Shown here: piece after piece, positions 1 to 12,200 of the stretch
How the letters are laid out: each line of letters begins with the position of its first letter
How positions within the stretch are numbered: position 1 is the stretch's first letter
NCBI GenBank assembly: GCA_965637545.1
Contig: OZ281500.1
Span: 18,538,001 to 18,602,000 of the forward strand
Source of the DNA: Phallusia mammillata
Lineage: Eukaryota
Direction: 5' to 3'
DNA: 64,000 bases
Position numbers and translations under genes: made by a program
Notes under the pieces: generated by a model
The model's database searches: none
Told to the model about the DNA's origin: nothing
Seen by the model: the letters and a program-made list of their open reading frames with translations, nothing else

Positions 1-222
1 TGCATAAAATACCAGAGGGGTCGAGTTTTTAACATTTATTAAATTAAAAATCCACGACCATACAGTACATAGAAACCAAAAATATATATTTTTTAAATTC
101 CTGTTTTCAAAACTGTTTTCAAAATTGTTTTAGGAGAAAGGGAGTATCCAAACACGAACTTGTCAAAACTCACTTTATCACAATTAGCTCTTTTCTAACG
201 ATGTCACCTTTTTGTATTTAAG

Positions 223-3200
223 ATCGGACGGCACCGAGCACCTATTTAACCTTCGAGGGGTTGGAGAAAGTCCTTTGTCACTGGAGCACATAGAAATATC
301 ATGCAAGTGTCGATCGGTGGTCGAACAGAAAGTGAAAGTGCCCAACTATTCTGCACACAAGCTCACATACAAAATCTTCTCCGATATTCCATTCATTGAG
401 GGACCAAACGAAGTAACAGTGATGAAGGTCAGTAGGAGACTAAAGTAAATTCTATGTTAATTAGTGGTAGATTAAAGCTGGGTGATGTCCATGTGTTCTC
501 TATTTAAATATTTCCTTCATGAAACTGTGTTGTTTTTCGAGTAGCACTTAAATATTACCGAAAGTATTTCGTTTCGTATTTTGTAGTTTTTATAATGCTT
601 ATGTTTTACACATTTTACAAGTATATGGGCTGTATTTTAGTTTTTGACCCATTTAACCAGAACAAAACTCACTTTTGTTAGTTATGACTTCATGCGTAAA
701 TGTGGAAGTGTGTGTGTTTCTTATTTCACACCGATAAATCCAGTTGATGAAAGACAAAAATACTAGTTCATGAACAGTACAAATACGAGAGTGTTTTACT
801 TGTGTCACAATCACAATATTAGATTTTTTGATAAGTAAACTGCAGACAGCTACACTGGTGTGGCTTTATAGGTCAATAGATTGCAATGACTCCATGTCTT
901 TATCTTTACTTAACATGAAAACAAGAAAAAACGCAAAATGTTCAGCTTACCAAAAATAGATTATCTTAACTCTCAGGGCGATTCGACTGAATACACCTTC
1001 ACGTTGTCACCATGGCAACGGGGAACGACACGGGGCGTCCTGGCCTTTGTTGTGGATGACGCGTCGACCAAAGCGGCGCTTGAACGTTACGACAGCGACT
1101 CGGACGCTGAAGACGCGGCGGTGGATTCGATTCCGATTCCGGCGCCTGGAACCGGAGCATCCAAGACCCCGGCTTTCTTGAAACCTAAGCGTCTGACTGA
1201 ACTTGAAGGATTGTCTGGTTACAGGTATATAGCTTGTTTTTATTGTAAATATTTGTTTGTTTGATGCAGAATACTCTAAACCATTGGTCCCTAATTTCAA
1301 GCCTTGGGTCTGACCTCACAGTCATAAAGTAGTATGGGTTTGTCCCGCAGGCCTTTACCACCTTAAGCGATCTTTACACCTGTTGGGCGGTTATGTCACT
1401 TATGTTTGAGCGGTCAAATCACCTATGCCATTGGTGCGTTCTGTTTGTAAGTTTCTATCGCGATAGGGAGAGAGGGCTAGAGCTGGCGGCGGTTTTTGTC
1501 TGACGTTAGTCGGCGTCTGCATTAGTCCGCCCTATAACATGTGTTGTTGCCAGTCCGACGGGTTGTGGAAAGACTTAATTTGTTTCGAGTTTGATAAATG
1601 AGAACTTGGTTACTCCGGCTGCGGCAGAGAACGGCACAAAAAAGGCTTGCGTGAGGTTGCCAAAAAGCCAAAGCGAAAATGTGCAAAGCGAAAAATCATA
1701 ACGCGATGGTTTTCTTGCTGCTATTTTATGTCCGCTACTGGAAACGGTCCCCTTACGTCAAAGTGCCGATACGCTTGTGGAGAGTGCCTTGAGCAATCTG
1801 GACGCTAAAACCAATTCAATTGTCAACAACGCGATGCCGCTGGATGCGAAAGTGTTATACAACGAAACGGTACAGAAATATCGTTTCTACAGCAATGTCC
1901 ACGCAAAAACTTTGGAAGTCACTGTAGTCGGCGCGAAGAAAGACCGGTTTTGTATTGGCACAATATCTCTTAACCTGCTTAAGTGCTTTTTGATCACATG
2001 GTAACCCACAAGTCCAAGTGCCAAATTACTTCCTGCCCTGAAGGGGACACATATTGATTTTACTCAAATTGTTTTTGTTTGTTTTTCTTTCTTTTTTTCT
2101 TCTTTTTTTTTCTTCCCAAAGTTTGTCCGACTCGTTTTTCCATCAAATGTTTGATGGATTTGGCTGAAATTTACACAGATGGTAGATATAGTTATGTAGA
2201 TGTGCATCCCACTTTGTTTTTGTTGATAACCCCAGTATTTACCCCGCTAGCCCCCTAAAATGGTTATTTTCCCCCCAAAGTTTGTCCGACTCGTTTTTCC
2301 ATCAAATGTTTGATGGATTTGGCTGAAATTTACACAGATGGTAGATGTAGTTATGTAGATGTGCATCCCACTTTGTTTTTGTTGATAACCCCAGTATTTA
2401 CCCCGCTAGCCCCCTAAAATGGGTGAGTTTCTAAACAGTGTCAGAATTGGCTGAAATTTGGATTTCTTGTATAGTATGCCATTTATAGGTGTCGATGTTG
2501 TGTTCAACCCTGTAGTCCTAACATTTACCCCACAAGCCCCTAAAGTGTAAAACGTATTTGTATGTTACTGGGCACCACAAACGCAAGATTTCTTTGGTGC
2601 AATAGTGTTACAAAGGCAACCAGTTGTATGTTGCTCGTTGGTGGGTTGCTTGGTGGTCGTTTTATCGGAAAACATCTGTATTGGATTGGTGCCGTCACTT
2701 TACGAAGATAATCAACCTAACACATTAAGACTGTCCCATAGTGCAAAACCAGTCCTGAGTATCGTTCAAGTTTGAACATAAAGTTCCGAAGTTAAGGTCA
2801 AAAAACAGTATTGTTTTAACTTTTATTGCTTACTGTTAGTGTCGTACTGATACTCAGTCACTTTTTTAAGTGTAATTTCTTGTCAACATCACACATTCAT
2901 TGCAACTGTGACGGTTTCAATTTTTCTTGATCGTTTTAGCATGTTATACATGTCCAAAGTAAGTTGTTGATATTCACCACTAAAGTTTTTAAACTTGCGA
3001 TCAATGCCGTTCAACTTAACTTCTGTTAAGAATACCACGTAAACATATAAAGTAGTGATGCAACGAAGTTATTACATATTTCACTTAATCGCATATTTCA
3101 CTTAATCGCATAATTCACTTTAACGCATAATTCACTTAATCGCATCATTCATTTAATACAGGGTGGCCAACCCGTGGCCCGCGGGCCACATTAATCGCTA

Positions 3201-6200
3201 CGTAATTTATGGCGTATTTACATTCCGAGAAATCGGTGTTTATTGGTTGCTTTTTCCTTTTATAATCGAGCAATACACAGCTGTTCAAGTTACTTCTATT
3301 GCATCACAATGCAATTGTTACGCATCACATTTTCCACATTGTTACGTCAACAATCTTATTCGTGCTTCAAGAGTCAGTCAGTAACATATCTTGCTTTGTT
3401 GAGGTACATGTGATATCAGTTATAACGCATTTAGCAGTAAAATTTCTTCTGAAGTCTTCAGTGATATAGATTATGTTAAATAGAAAACGAAAAGGAAGCA
3501 ACGCGAACAGAATATTCCAAGAAAGGTGGACATGTGACTGTTTTTTTGTAGATGTCGATAATAAGCCAACTTGCCTGATATGTAATCAAACAGTATCAGA
3601 ATGCAAAGAATACAACATAAAGAGACATTACGTCAGCAAACATTCATCAACTTATGATAAATATCAGAATGAGTTTAGAAAAGATAAAGTGAAAGAATTA
3701 ACAAAAGTTATTCGTGGACAGCAAATGTTTTTTTCGAAAGTTTCTTTGCAGCAGGAGTCGGTTGTGAAAGCGAGCTACTTGGTGGCAGAAATAATAGCAA
3801 AAAAATCGAAGTCATTTGCAGATGGAGAATTTGTTAAGGAATGCATTGTTCGTGTTGCTGATGTCATATGTCCGGAAAAGAAAGAGACATTTGTCAAAAT
3901 AAGTTTGTCAAGACAGGCCATAACTCGTCGTGTTGAAGAGCTCGGAAATTCTATAGAAGAAACACTAATTGCAAAAGCGCAAAAATTTTCATCGTATTCT
4001 TTGGCGCTTGACGAGAGCACCGATGTCAAGTCTACTGCTCAGTTGGCAATCTTCGTGCGAGGAGTTGATGACGATTTCGAAATTACCGAAGAACTTGCAG
4101 CCATTGTCCCAATGAAAGGCACAACTAGAGGCATAGATTTGTTGGAAACTGTGATGACAACAATCAAGCGCCTTGGTTTATCATTGTCGAAGCTTTCGGG
4201 AATTACAACTGATGGTGCTCCATCAATGGTTGGAAGACAGCAGGGTCTAGCAAACTTACTTAAACTTGAAGCAAGCAAAGTCGGGAATGACACTGTCATG
4301 CAATTCCATTGCATAATACACTGAGAGAACCTTTGTGCCAAGTCATTGAAAATGCAAAATGTCATGTCAGTTGTTACTAAAACGGTAAACTTCATTCGTT
4401 CCAAAGGCCTGCGCCACAGGGAGTTTCAAGAGCTACTACATAGCATGGATGCTGACTTCGATGACATTCCAGACTACACCGAGGTCCGATGGCTGAGTCG
4501 TGGCAAAATGCTGAAACGAGTGTTTGAACTCAAGGATGCAATACAGAGCTTTATGGAAAGCAAAGGAAACAGTGTTGAAGAATTCATGAACGAGCAATGG
4601 ATAGAAGATTTTGCATTTTTGGTGGATATTACTACCCATCTAAACGAACTAAATTCACGTCTACAGAGAAGAGGGCAACTGATACACTCCATGTTCGATC
4701 ATGTCAACACCTTTGCTGTGAAATTAACCCTGTGGGAAGCGCAGATAAACAACAAAAACTTCGTTCATTTTCCTACTCTTCAGAGTCTTCAAGTTCAAAA
4801 CTCCCAGAAATACGCAAAACTAATAACGGAACTAAGGAAAGACTTCGATCACAGGTTCGCTGACTTCAAAAAGTCTGCTATGCATTTCAATGTGTTTTCC
4901 TGCCCCTTTTCTGTAAAGATAGAAGATGTACCTGAAAACCTACAGATGGAGAGCATTGATCTTCACTGCTCATCTGATTTAAGAGAAAAGTTTAAGGACT
5001 TTCCATTGCTAGAATTTTACAAAAAATACGTCTCTAAAGAAAAATATCAGAAGATTCACAAATTGGCTGTATTCGTGACCTCATTTTTCGGCAGCACTTA
5101 CTTGTGCGCGCAAGTTTTTTTGCGGATGAACCATGTCAAATCACCTGTGAGGTCACTAATTTCTGATACCCATATGGAGAACTCGCTTCGTATTGCTACA
5201 TCGTCCATCTCGCCGAATATTGCCAAACTTGTGAGAGAAAAACAGTGCCAAACTTCACATTGAAATGTCGCCGTGTAGCAAAAACTTTGTTGACTTTATT
5301 GTATCTTCGTATCGTTATTGTTCTTATAATTGTAAACAAGGATAATAAACATTTCTGACATTAGAGTTTCGGATTGAGGGTTTTAATTGGACATTATCAG
5401 ATAGCCATTTGTAAGATTACAAATCAGCAACAGTCAAGTGGCCCGCGCAAACTTTCGTAAACCGCATTTGGCCCTTTGGCCAAAAAGGTTGGACACCCTC
5501 GATTTAATAGCATAATTCACTTAATCGCACATTTCACTTAATCGCATATTTCACTTAAACGCATATTTCACTTAATCGCATATTTCACTTCATCGCATGT
5601 TTCACTTAATAGCATAATTCACTTAATAGCATAATTCACTTAATAGCATAATTCACTTAAACGCATATTACACGTAATAGCTTATTTCACTTAATCACAT
5701 AATTCACGTAATCGCATATTTCACTTAATCGCATATTTCACTTAATCGCATAGTTCACTTAATCGCATAATTCACTTAATCGCATAATCTGGCTCTAGGT
5801 CAGTGCTTTTCAACCTGTTCAGTCCCGAAGGTCTAACTATAAAAAATTAAACGCGTCCATCGATCAAGCCAACAAAATTAGAGGATCTTGGAGCATTAAG
5901 ATGCACTTCTAGGCTTGGTAGCCTCGCTTTGGACTGTCTTGTCATCTGCATCAAACAGTTGTATATCTTGGCCATTAGTAACTGCCTGTTAACATTTGCT
6001 TCGTTATTTTCGGCAGTTGTTAGAAAACTTGTTGGAATTTATTACGACTTGTCGTAACTTCTGCTTGGGATCATATCACTCGTACTATTTTCTTGCACAT
6101 TTTCTTTCTTGAAGAGATTGCGTTCATAGAAAACATACAAAAGAAATTAGTTGTCCCTGGTTTTTGATTTTATTAGATCTTTACCGTTTTTTTTTCTTTT

Positions 6201-9200
6201 TTAGGGTCTGGTACTCGCTAGAAGTTCACTCTGATCCGGCCGATCCGATTGGCTCATTGGAAGTCACGTGCCCGGTTCAAAGGGTCAATTACGTGGAAAT
6301 ACCGATCAAGAATCCATCCGGAGAAAACGTGAAGTTTGAGGTAAACAAATTGTAAAAGTTGTAAATATTGTAATTCCTTTTTATCTGCAAAAAAAACGCG
6401 TCCACTTTAAGAATCAGTTTTATATTGCATTTATGAAGGATACACAAACATTTACACGAAACGTTAAAGAATAAGTTTTATCCAATTTAGGTTCAGGTCT
6501 CTGGAAATTCGGTTGAAGGTGACTCAACTCTTTCTCTAGCGCCGCACGTGCCCGCTGTGTACCGTTTCAGTTACAGTCCGTGTGTGGTGGGCGAAGGAAC
6601 AGGGTCTGTAGTGTTTACAAGTGACCTGACTGGAGAATTCTGGTACAAACTCAATCTGAAATGCGTTTCGCCACCGCCAACACATCTCCCCATGATGGAA
6701 TGCCAGCTAGGTAAAATAAAATTATTTGTTAATAAGTTACGAATTGCTGTAATTTTGCAATGTAAAATTTTGGTAAAAATTGTTTGTTTATGCGAGTTGT
6801 GTTTTTTTTTCAAGACAGTTAGACAAGATTTTTAGACTTCATACATATTGAATAGCATTGCGATATTATATGGGTGAATTGCAAAGAATTAAAATGTCGT
6901 TAAAGGTGTTTGTGGTACGTTTGCAATATATTACAATTTATAAAGGCAATAAAATGTGCGGGTTTAGGCAACAAAGCTCTGTGGATTTTTTTCTAAAATC
7001 ATTAGCGTGCCCAATCATTAATGATACTGATATCTGCAAAACTCATTGTTCCGCCTAGCAAGACTAAATTGATACAAAAAAATATTCAGCCATTTCCTAG
7101 TATATTATAGTCATAAACAATTTTTACATACAATCTAGGTTCTTGGTCTCGTCAATACATCAGCATTAGCAATCCAACAGACGAGCCAATGGACGTGGAA
7201 GCATCAGTGTCCAATCCAGTTAACTTCTCACTTGACGTAACCATGACAACTTCAAAACTTCCGGACGGCACTGACCGCGCACCATCGTTCTGCGTCCAGC
7301 CGAGGTCGAAGGTCAATATCCCTGTCCAATTTATGGCCACTTCACTCGGAGCTTCGACCCACCAAGCAACAGGTATACGTGGTTAAATGTGTGTGAAGTT
7401 TTTTGTAAGAAAACTTGAAGTCATTTTATTTGATTTTTGGTAGCAAAGCAGTGATTATTTGACCCCAATTTTGACGTTTTAAAGATACCACACCTCTGGT
7501 GGTACACACCTTTACCTTCAGTTTTTGCCTGTGTTATATGTCTCGATTGTATGTTCCCAACGTTTTGGTGACTTTGAAAGATGAAAATAAATTTTGGTTA
7601 TGGTTAATTTCTTAAACTTCTCTTAAAAAAGTATGGCCTAATTTACTATTATAGCGCATATTTACAACATAAACACTTGAACAACTGAGCGACAGTGTGG
7701 TTTAAGCTTTTATGACTAATAAAAAAAATCTGCATCTTATTATTTTTACTTATTGTAATTATTTTGTTTTAAACTAATTTTTATTCAATACTCCCTGCGA
7801 CAATAATTTTATCCTCCAACGGAAAAATTCATAGACTGATTACCTTTTGACCTTTTCCTAAACATCAGAAGTACTCAAAAATCGAAATCCTCTGAAAAAA
7901 AGACCTAAAGTGACAACAAAAACATAAAATCTTACAGTTACACTGAGGAGCAAGCAACTGGGCGATGCTGCCTATCTTGTTGCTGGACGTGGTGTGGCAC
8001 CGGCGCCCATGGAACCTTTGAGTGTTAGTGCGGCCACAGGTTCCAGCACGTCACTCATTCTCCCATTCCGTAACCCCACTGACGTCACAGTGTATGCAGA
8101 CGTCACACTTTCCGATCATGAGCAGACCATGAACAGCATTGCTCCATCTGTGATAAGGTAACTTAAGTTACAAAGTTTGCGAGAAAGGTCTGACTATTTC
8201 GATGGCTCTATTTGTACTTGCACCTTTTAAACTTTCGTGAAAAAAAATCATGACTTTAATGGTGAAAATAACGGCCCATATAGACGTAAAAAGCGACATG
8301 CTTTATATTTCAAACGTTTCGGCAAATGCTCATGCAATCATCAGTGATCATCAAGCATGTCGCTTTTTACGTCTATATGTGCCGTTATTTTCACCATTAA
8401 ACTTATGAACAGATCCGTAAATAGTCCAAATCATGACTCTTGGATAAAAAGACTGACAAAAGTAAAGGAAATTGGAGTAATTAAGGTGTAAAAAAGCCTT
8501 TTTGTGCATGTGGTGGCATAGTTGTGCAGACGTTACTCGAAATAAACCTAAACTATACTAAAAAATAAGTTTATACGACTTTTTTTCTACCATATCTCGA
8601 TTCCTTCTGCTCTATTCTCCAGGTTAAAAGCCCCTGGTCTATGCTATTTTACATGTAAGTCTACGCCGTCAGTTTTTGTGATTATGGGTGCAAGGAGTTA
8701 ATATGTAGCCCTCAATAAAGAAACTACTAGCACATAAAACTAGTACTTGGAAACGTTCATAATTTACTACGATCATAAACTAAAAAAAATATCAACATAA
8801 AATTACAAAGTTGCAAAAAATAACAAAAACTACCGAAAGGTGAATCTCTAGGCCACTAAAAATCATACAATTTTGAAATATTCTCATGCTAAACCGGAAC
8901 TCTTACAGAAATTGCATCACGGCCGACTCGGCGTTCTGTCTCTTGCTCAAACACACAAACAACATTAAGTTGGCTCCGCTTCAGAGCATTGATATTCCAT
9001 TTACATTTGCTCCTGATACGGTAAGAATCATTAATTCATTTTATATGTCTACACCTCCACGTTCTATTCGCGCTGTTTCTTTTTTCATGTCCTTTGCTGG
9101 TTTTACACTTTAAGAATGACAAAAGGATTGTCGAATTGCCATACTAGCTCGGTTCTATGGCATTTTACGTGCTTTTTGTGGGACCTGTAAGCTTGTTTTC

Positions 9201-12200
9201 GAAGAATTTGTGAAACTTTAAACCGCTTAAAATATTAGTGCACTATTATCTGATCTTAAAATTATTAGAAGGTTAAACTGAAGAAAGTTTTGGTTAATAA
9301 CTTAACATATGGCTCTTGGCAGATGCGTCGCCACGAGGGGGCACTGACGATTTCACTTCGCAAAGAAGACGGTCGACCATGGCCGGGTGAAACCGACGGC
9401 ATTGAAGATTTGTCAGGTTTGCCTCAACGATTGTTACTTTATTGTTGTAAGATACTTGCCTTATCGGGCATGAATATCAAAATATCCAGTGGCAAAAGCG
9501 GTCCCATTTCGCCAATTAAAGACAAAACCAAACCGGTCAGGTATCTATCTTGGATATTTCTACTGAGTCGCACGTCAGGGGGATTTAACTTTTGTGTACT
9601 TAAGTATTGCTCTTCCAAGCAGTTTTTATTTTGAATCGACGACGTTTCGAGCTCTCATACGCGACGCCTTTATCAGGATAATGGCATATCTTGCAAGACA
9701 AATTTCTTGTTTAGCGACAATTTTTGTGTACATTAGGTTGTGTTACCCACTTAATATGTTTGATGAAATTTTCAAGTCATTAGATATTGTAAAGCGAATA
9801 ATTTTATTGCAGGCTTGGGAGGAGCTGAAAAAGACGACATTGGACGCTTGAGGTCGCTTAGCAGATCAGATGATGGTTCAATATCCGCCATCCGCTGGGT
9901 ATTCCCCATCCACGGAATCCCCGAAGTCAGATCGAGAGAAAGCAAAGGTATTTTTTATGAATGGACTTTAAATCAAGTGACTTAACTGCCTGCCATATCT
10001 TTATGTATTTTTCGCACAAAACAGTTTGCAATCAAGTTTGTTATTGTAGAAGCAACACTTCAATGTCAGGCCAGGAGTCGGATTGAAGAGCGTTTGGAGG
10101 TCACTCTCACTGGCGCTGTGCCAAGTTCCGCTTCCGGCCACAACCTGGCACGTTTGAGAGCCGTCACTCCCCTCGACCAACGGAGGTCATCCGGGGTCAG
10201 CGATGGTGTTGCTGTGGAAGGTTTGTGACGATTTGAGACAAATGTTGGGTTTTAACTCCCGTCATTGTAATATTATAAAATGGTCAATTTAATATCAAAA
10301 CGTCGCGACAAATCTATTGTCAAAGTTAGTGTAATATTACATGACAAGTTAAGTTAAAGCGACTTTTGTTTTCCCACCTTTTTTACCAATCCTTTTATGC
10401 GACTGAAGTGTATAATCAATGTATCCTTCGATTACAAATGGTGGTATGAGCATTTGCCCAAACGTCTTAAGTTCTAAACAGAAAGCATGTCGCTTTTACG
10501 TCTTTTTTACAGCTATATTACCTCATAAACATACCCGTGTATAGTGTTCCAAAAAAAGATAAAATTTCTCAAAATCATAAAACCGAAATTGATGGTCAGG
10601 CATGGGTTTTTACCCTGTTACTCCTTGCAAACTGAAATGCCGTTGAATGACTACTCTAGCCAATACGGCCGATCTCTCGTCACCAGCTGCACTGATGAGA
10701 CCTTATAGGTCGAAACAGTGTGCACTGTCTGTAGCTTATCATTTATTGGCTATATGCTTTTACGTGATGATTTTTTACAAGTAACAAAAAATACTCGACT
10801 TCATTTCCTATATACACTCACACGCGAAGCCATGGCAAATAGTTTACGGACATGAAATAATCAGTTCATAAACAAAATCGTTTTTTTAAGGTCACGCTGT
10901 TGCTGACGAATTTTCGTACACCATCGAATATCCGGACGGAGAAGCCAGACAACAATTAGAGCAAGCCTTAGCTGTTCATCTGGTACGAAAAGAGCGAGAC
11001 CCCCACACAGGAATGGTGATACTTCTTTTCAATCTCGTCTTTTCACCGTTTAGAATGCTCAGGTAACTGCTTGTGTATAGGGCAGGGTTGTGGTCTATTC
11101 CGATGAATTATTAGCAAATGACACTTTTTTAATAGTTAAGGCTTTTCGTCCACTTTGATGCAATGTCAAAAAAGTCCTGCTGAAGAAATATGTTATGGTA
11201 ACAAAGCAAATTATATGTGCGAGCTGATCACTCGAAACGGATAAATATAATTAAATAAATAAAACACGGATTGGATTATCCTGATAAAATGGCTTTTGGA
11301 AAAAATACTTCAATGTAACGATGAACATGGCACATGCCACTGTTTAAAGAAGCAATACATATAAAGTAGAGTAAATATGTCTTCTTTGAATCAGGTAAAA
11401 CACACATTTTTACCTAATTATGTATTCGTAGCCACACGGTGAACTTGAAAGTGACGTCAGCCACCGGGGGTATCTGGTGTTTCCCCCTCACCCTGCGTGC
11501 TTCCGAACCACCCCCAGATGACGTCATCACTGTTGAGGCAGCCGGACTTGGAAAAAGTTCAAGTGTCGGTTTTGTGCTGTTCAGTCATTCCAAGTGAGTT
11601 AACACAAATGACCAACCGCGAATGGCACTTGTTTCAAAAACCTGTGTTAAAATGAGGTAATAACTTTGTACGCGTGTATACGACTATCATACATCCTCTT
11701 TTGGTGCAACATATCTATATTTTCAACAAAAACAGGTTATCCTCTGAGGACAATAAAAAGTACCCAAGTGTCCTCCTTTTTTCATTCTTTGGATTACTAA
11801 ACGTACATGCTATTAAAAACAGCCAAAAAATACATCTTTCGCTTATCTTTTTGTACGAAATATGGTTTGATTTGCGACACTGCAAACATATGTTCAGTGT
11901 AAGTTGTGATAATTGTTGATTGAAATCAATTATTTTACAATGCGTTCAACTTCATCCAAACTATTCTATATTAATTGACTGCGAAAATTTGGTTTAATAT
12001 ATTTTTCTTTTATTATCTTCGGGCCCCGAAGATAGCTTATGATGTTGTTGTTTTTTGATGGGAATATGATAGGCCTGCGCGTGCAAAAAGACTTAAGAAT
12101 GATAGGTTTTATATAAACTCAAAACTTAATGCACAGACATGCGACTCCATTCAACGCATTCTTTGTATCTGGGAGCGACCCAGAACTGACAGTGTTTCCA

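Larger units (their letters stand above)
3075..5788. repeat. 17-bp minisatellite (TTCACTTAATCGCATAW), split by a hAT insertion: ~5 units at 3075-3158, ~17 units at 5502-5788
   Basis: Direct reading of tandem units on both sides of the transposon; no unique spacers. Confidence 0.92.

Noticed and set aside
3075-5788. 17-bp repeat array as a CRISPR array
   Set aside because: Units are contiguous with no unique spacers, there are no cas genes, and the context is a eukaryotic intron.
5801-5816. CAGTGCTTTTCAACCT hAT-like left end preceded by CTCTAGGT
   Set aside because: No matching right TIR or second TSD found; at most a truncated remnant.
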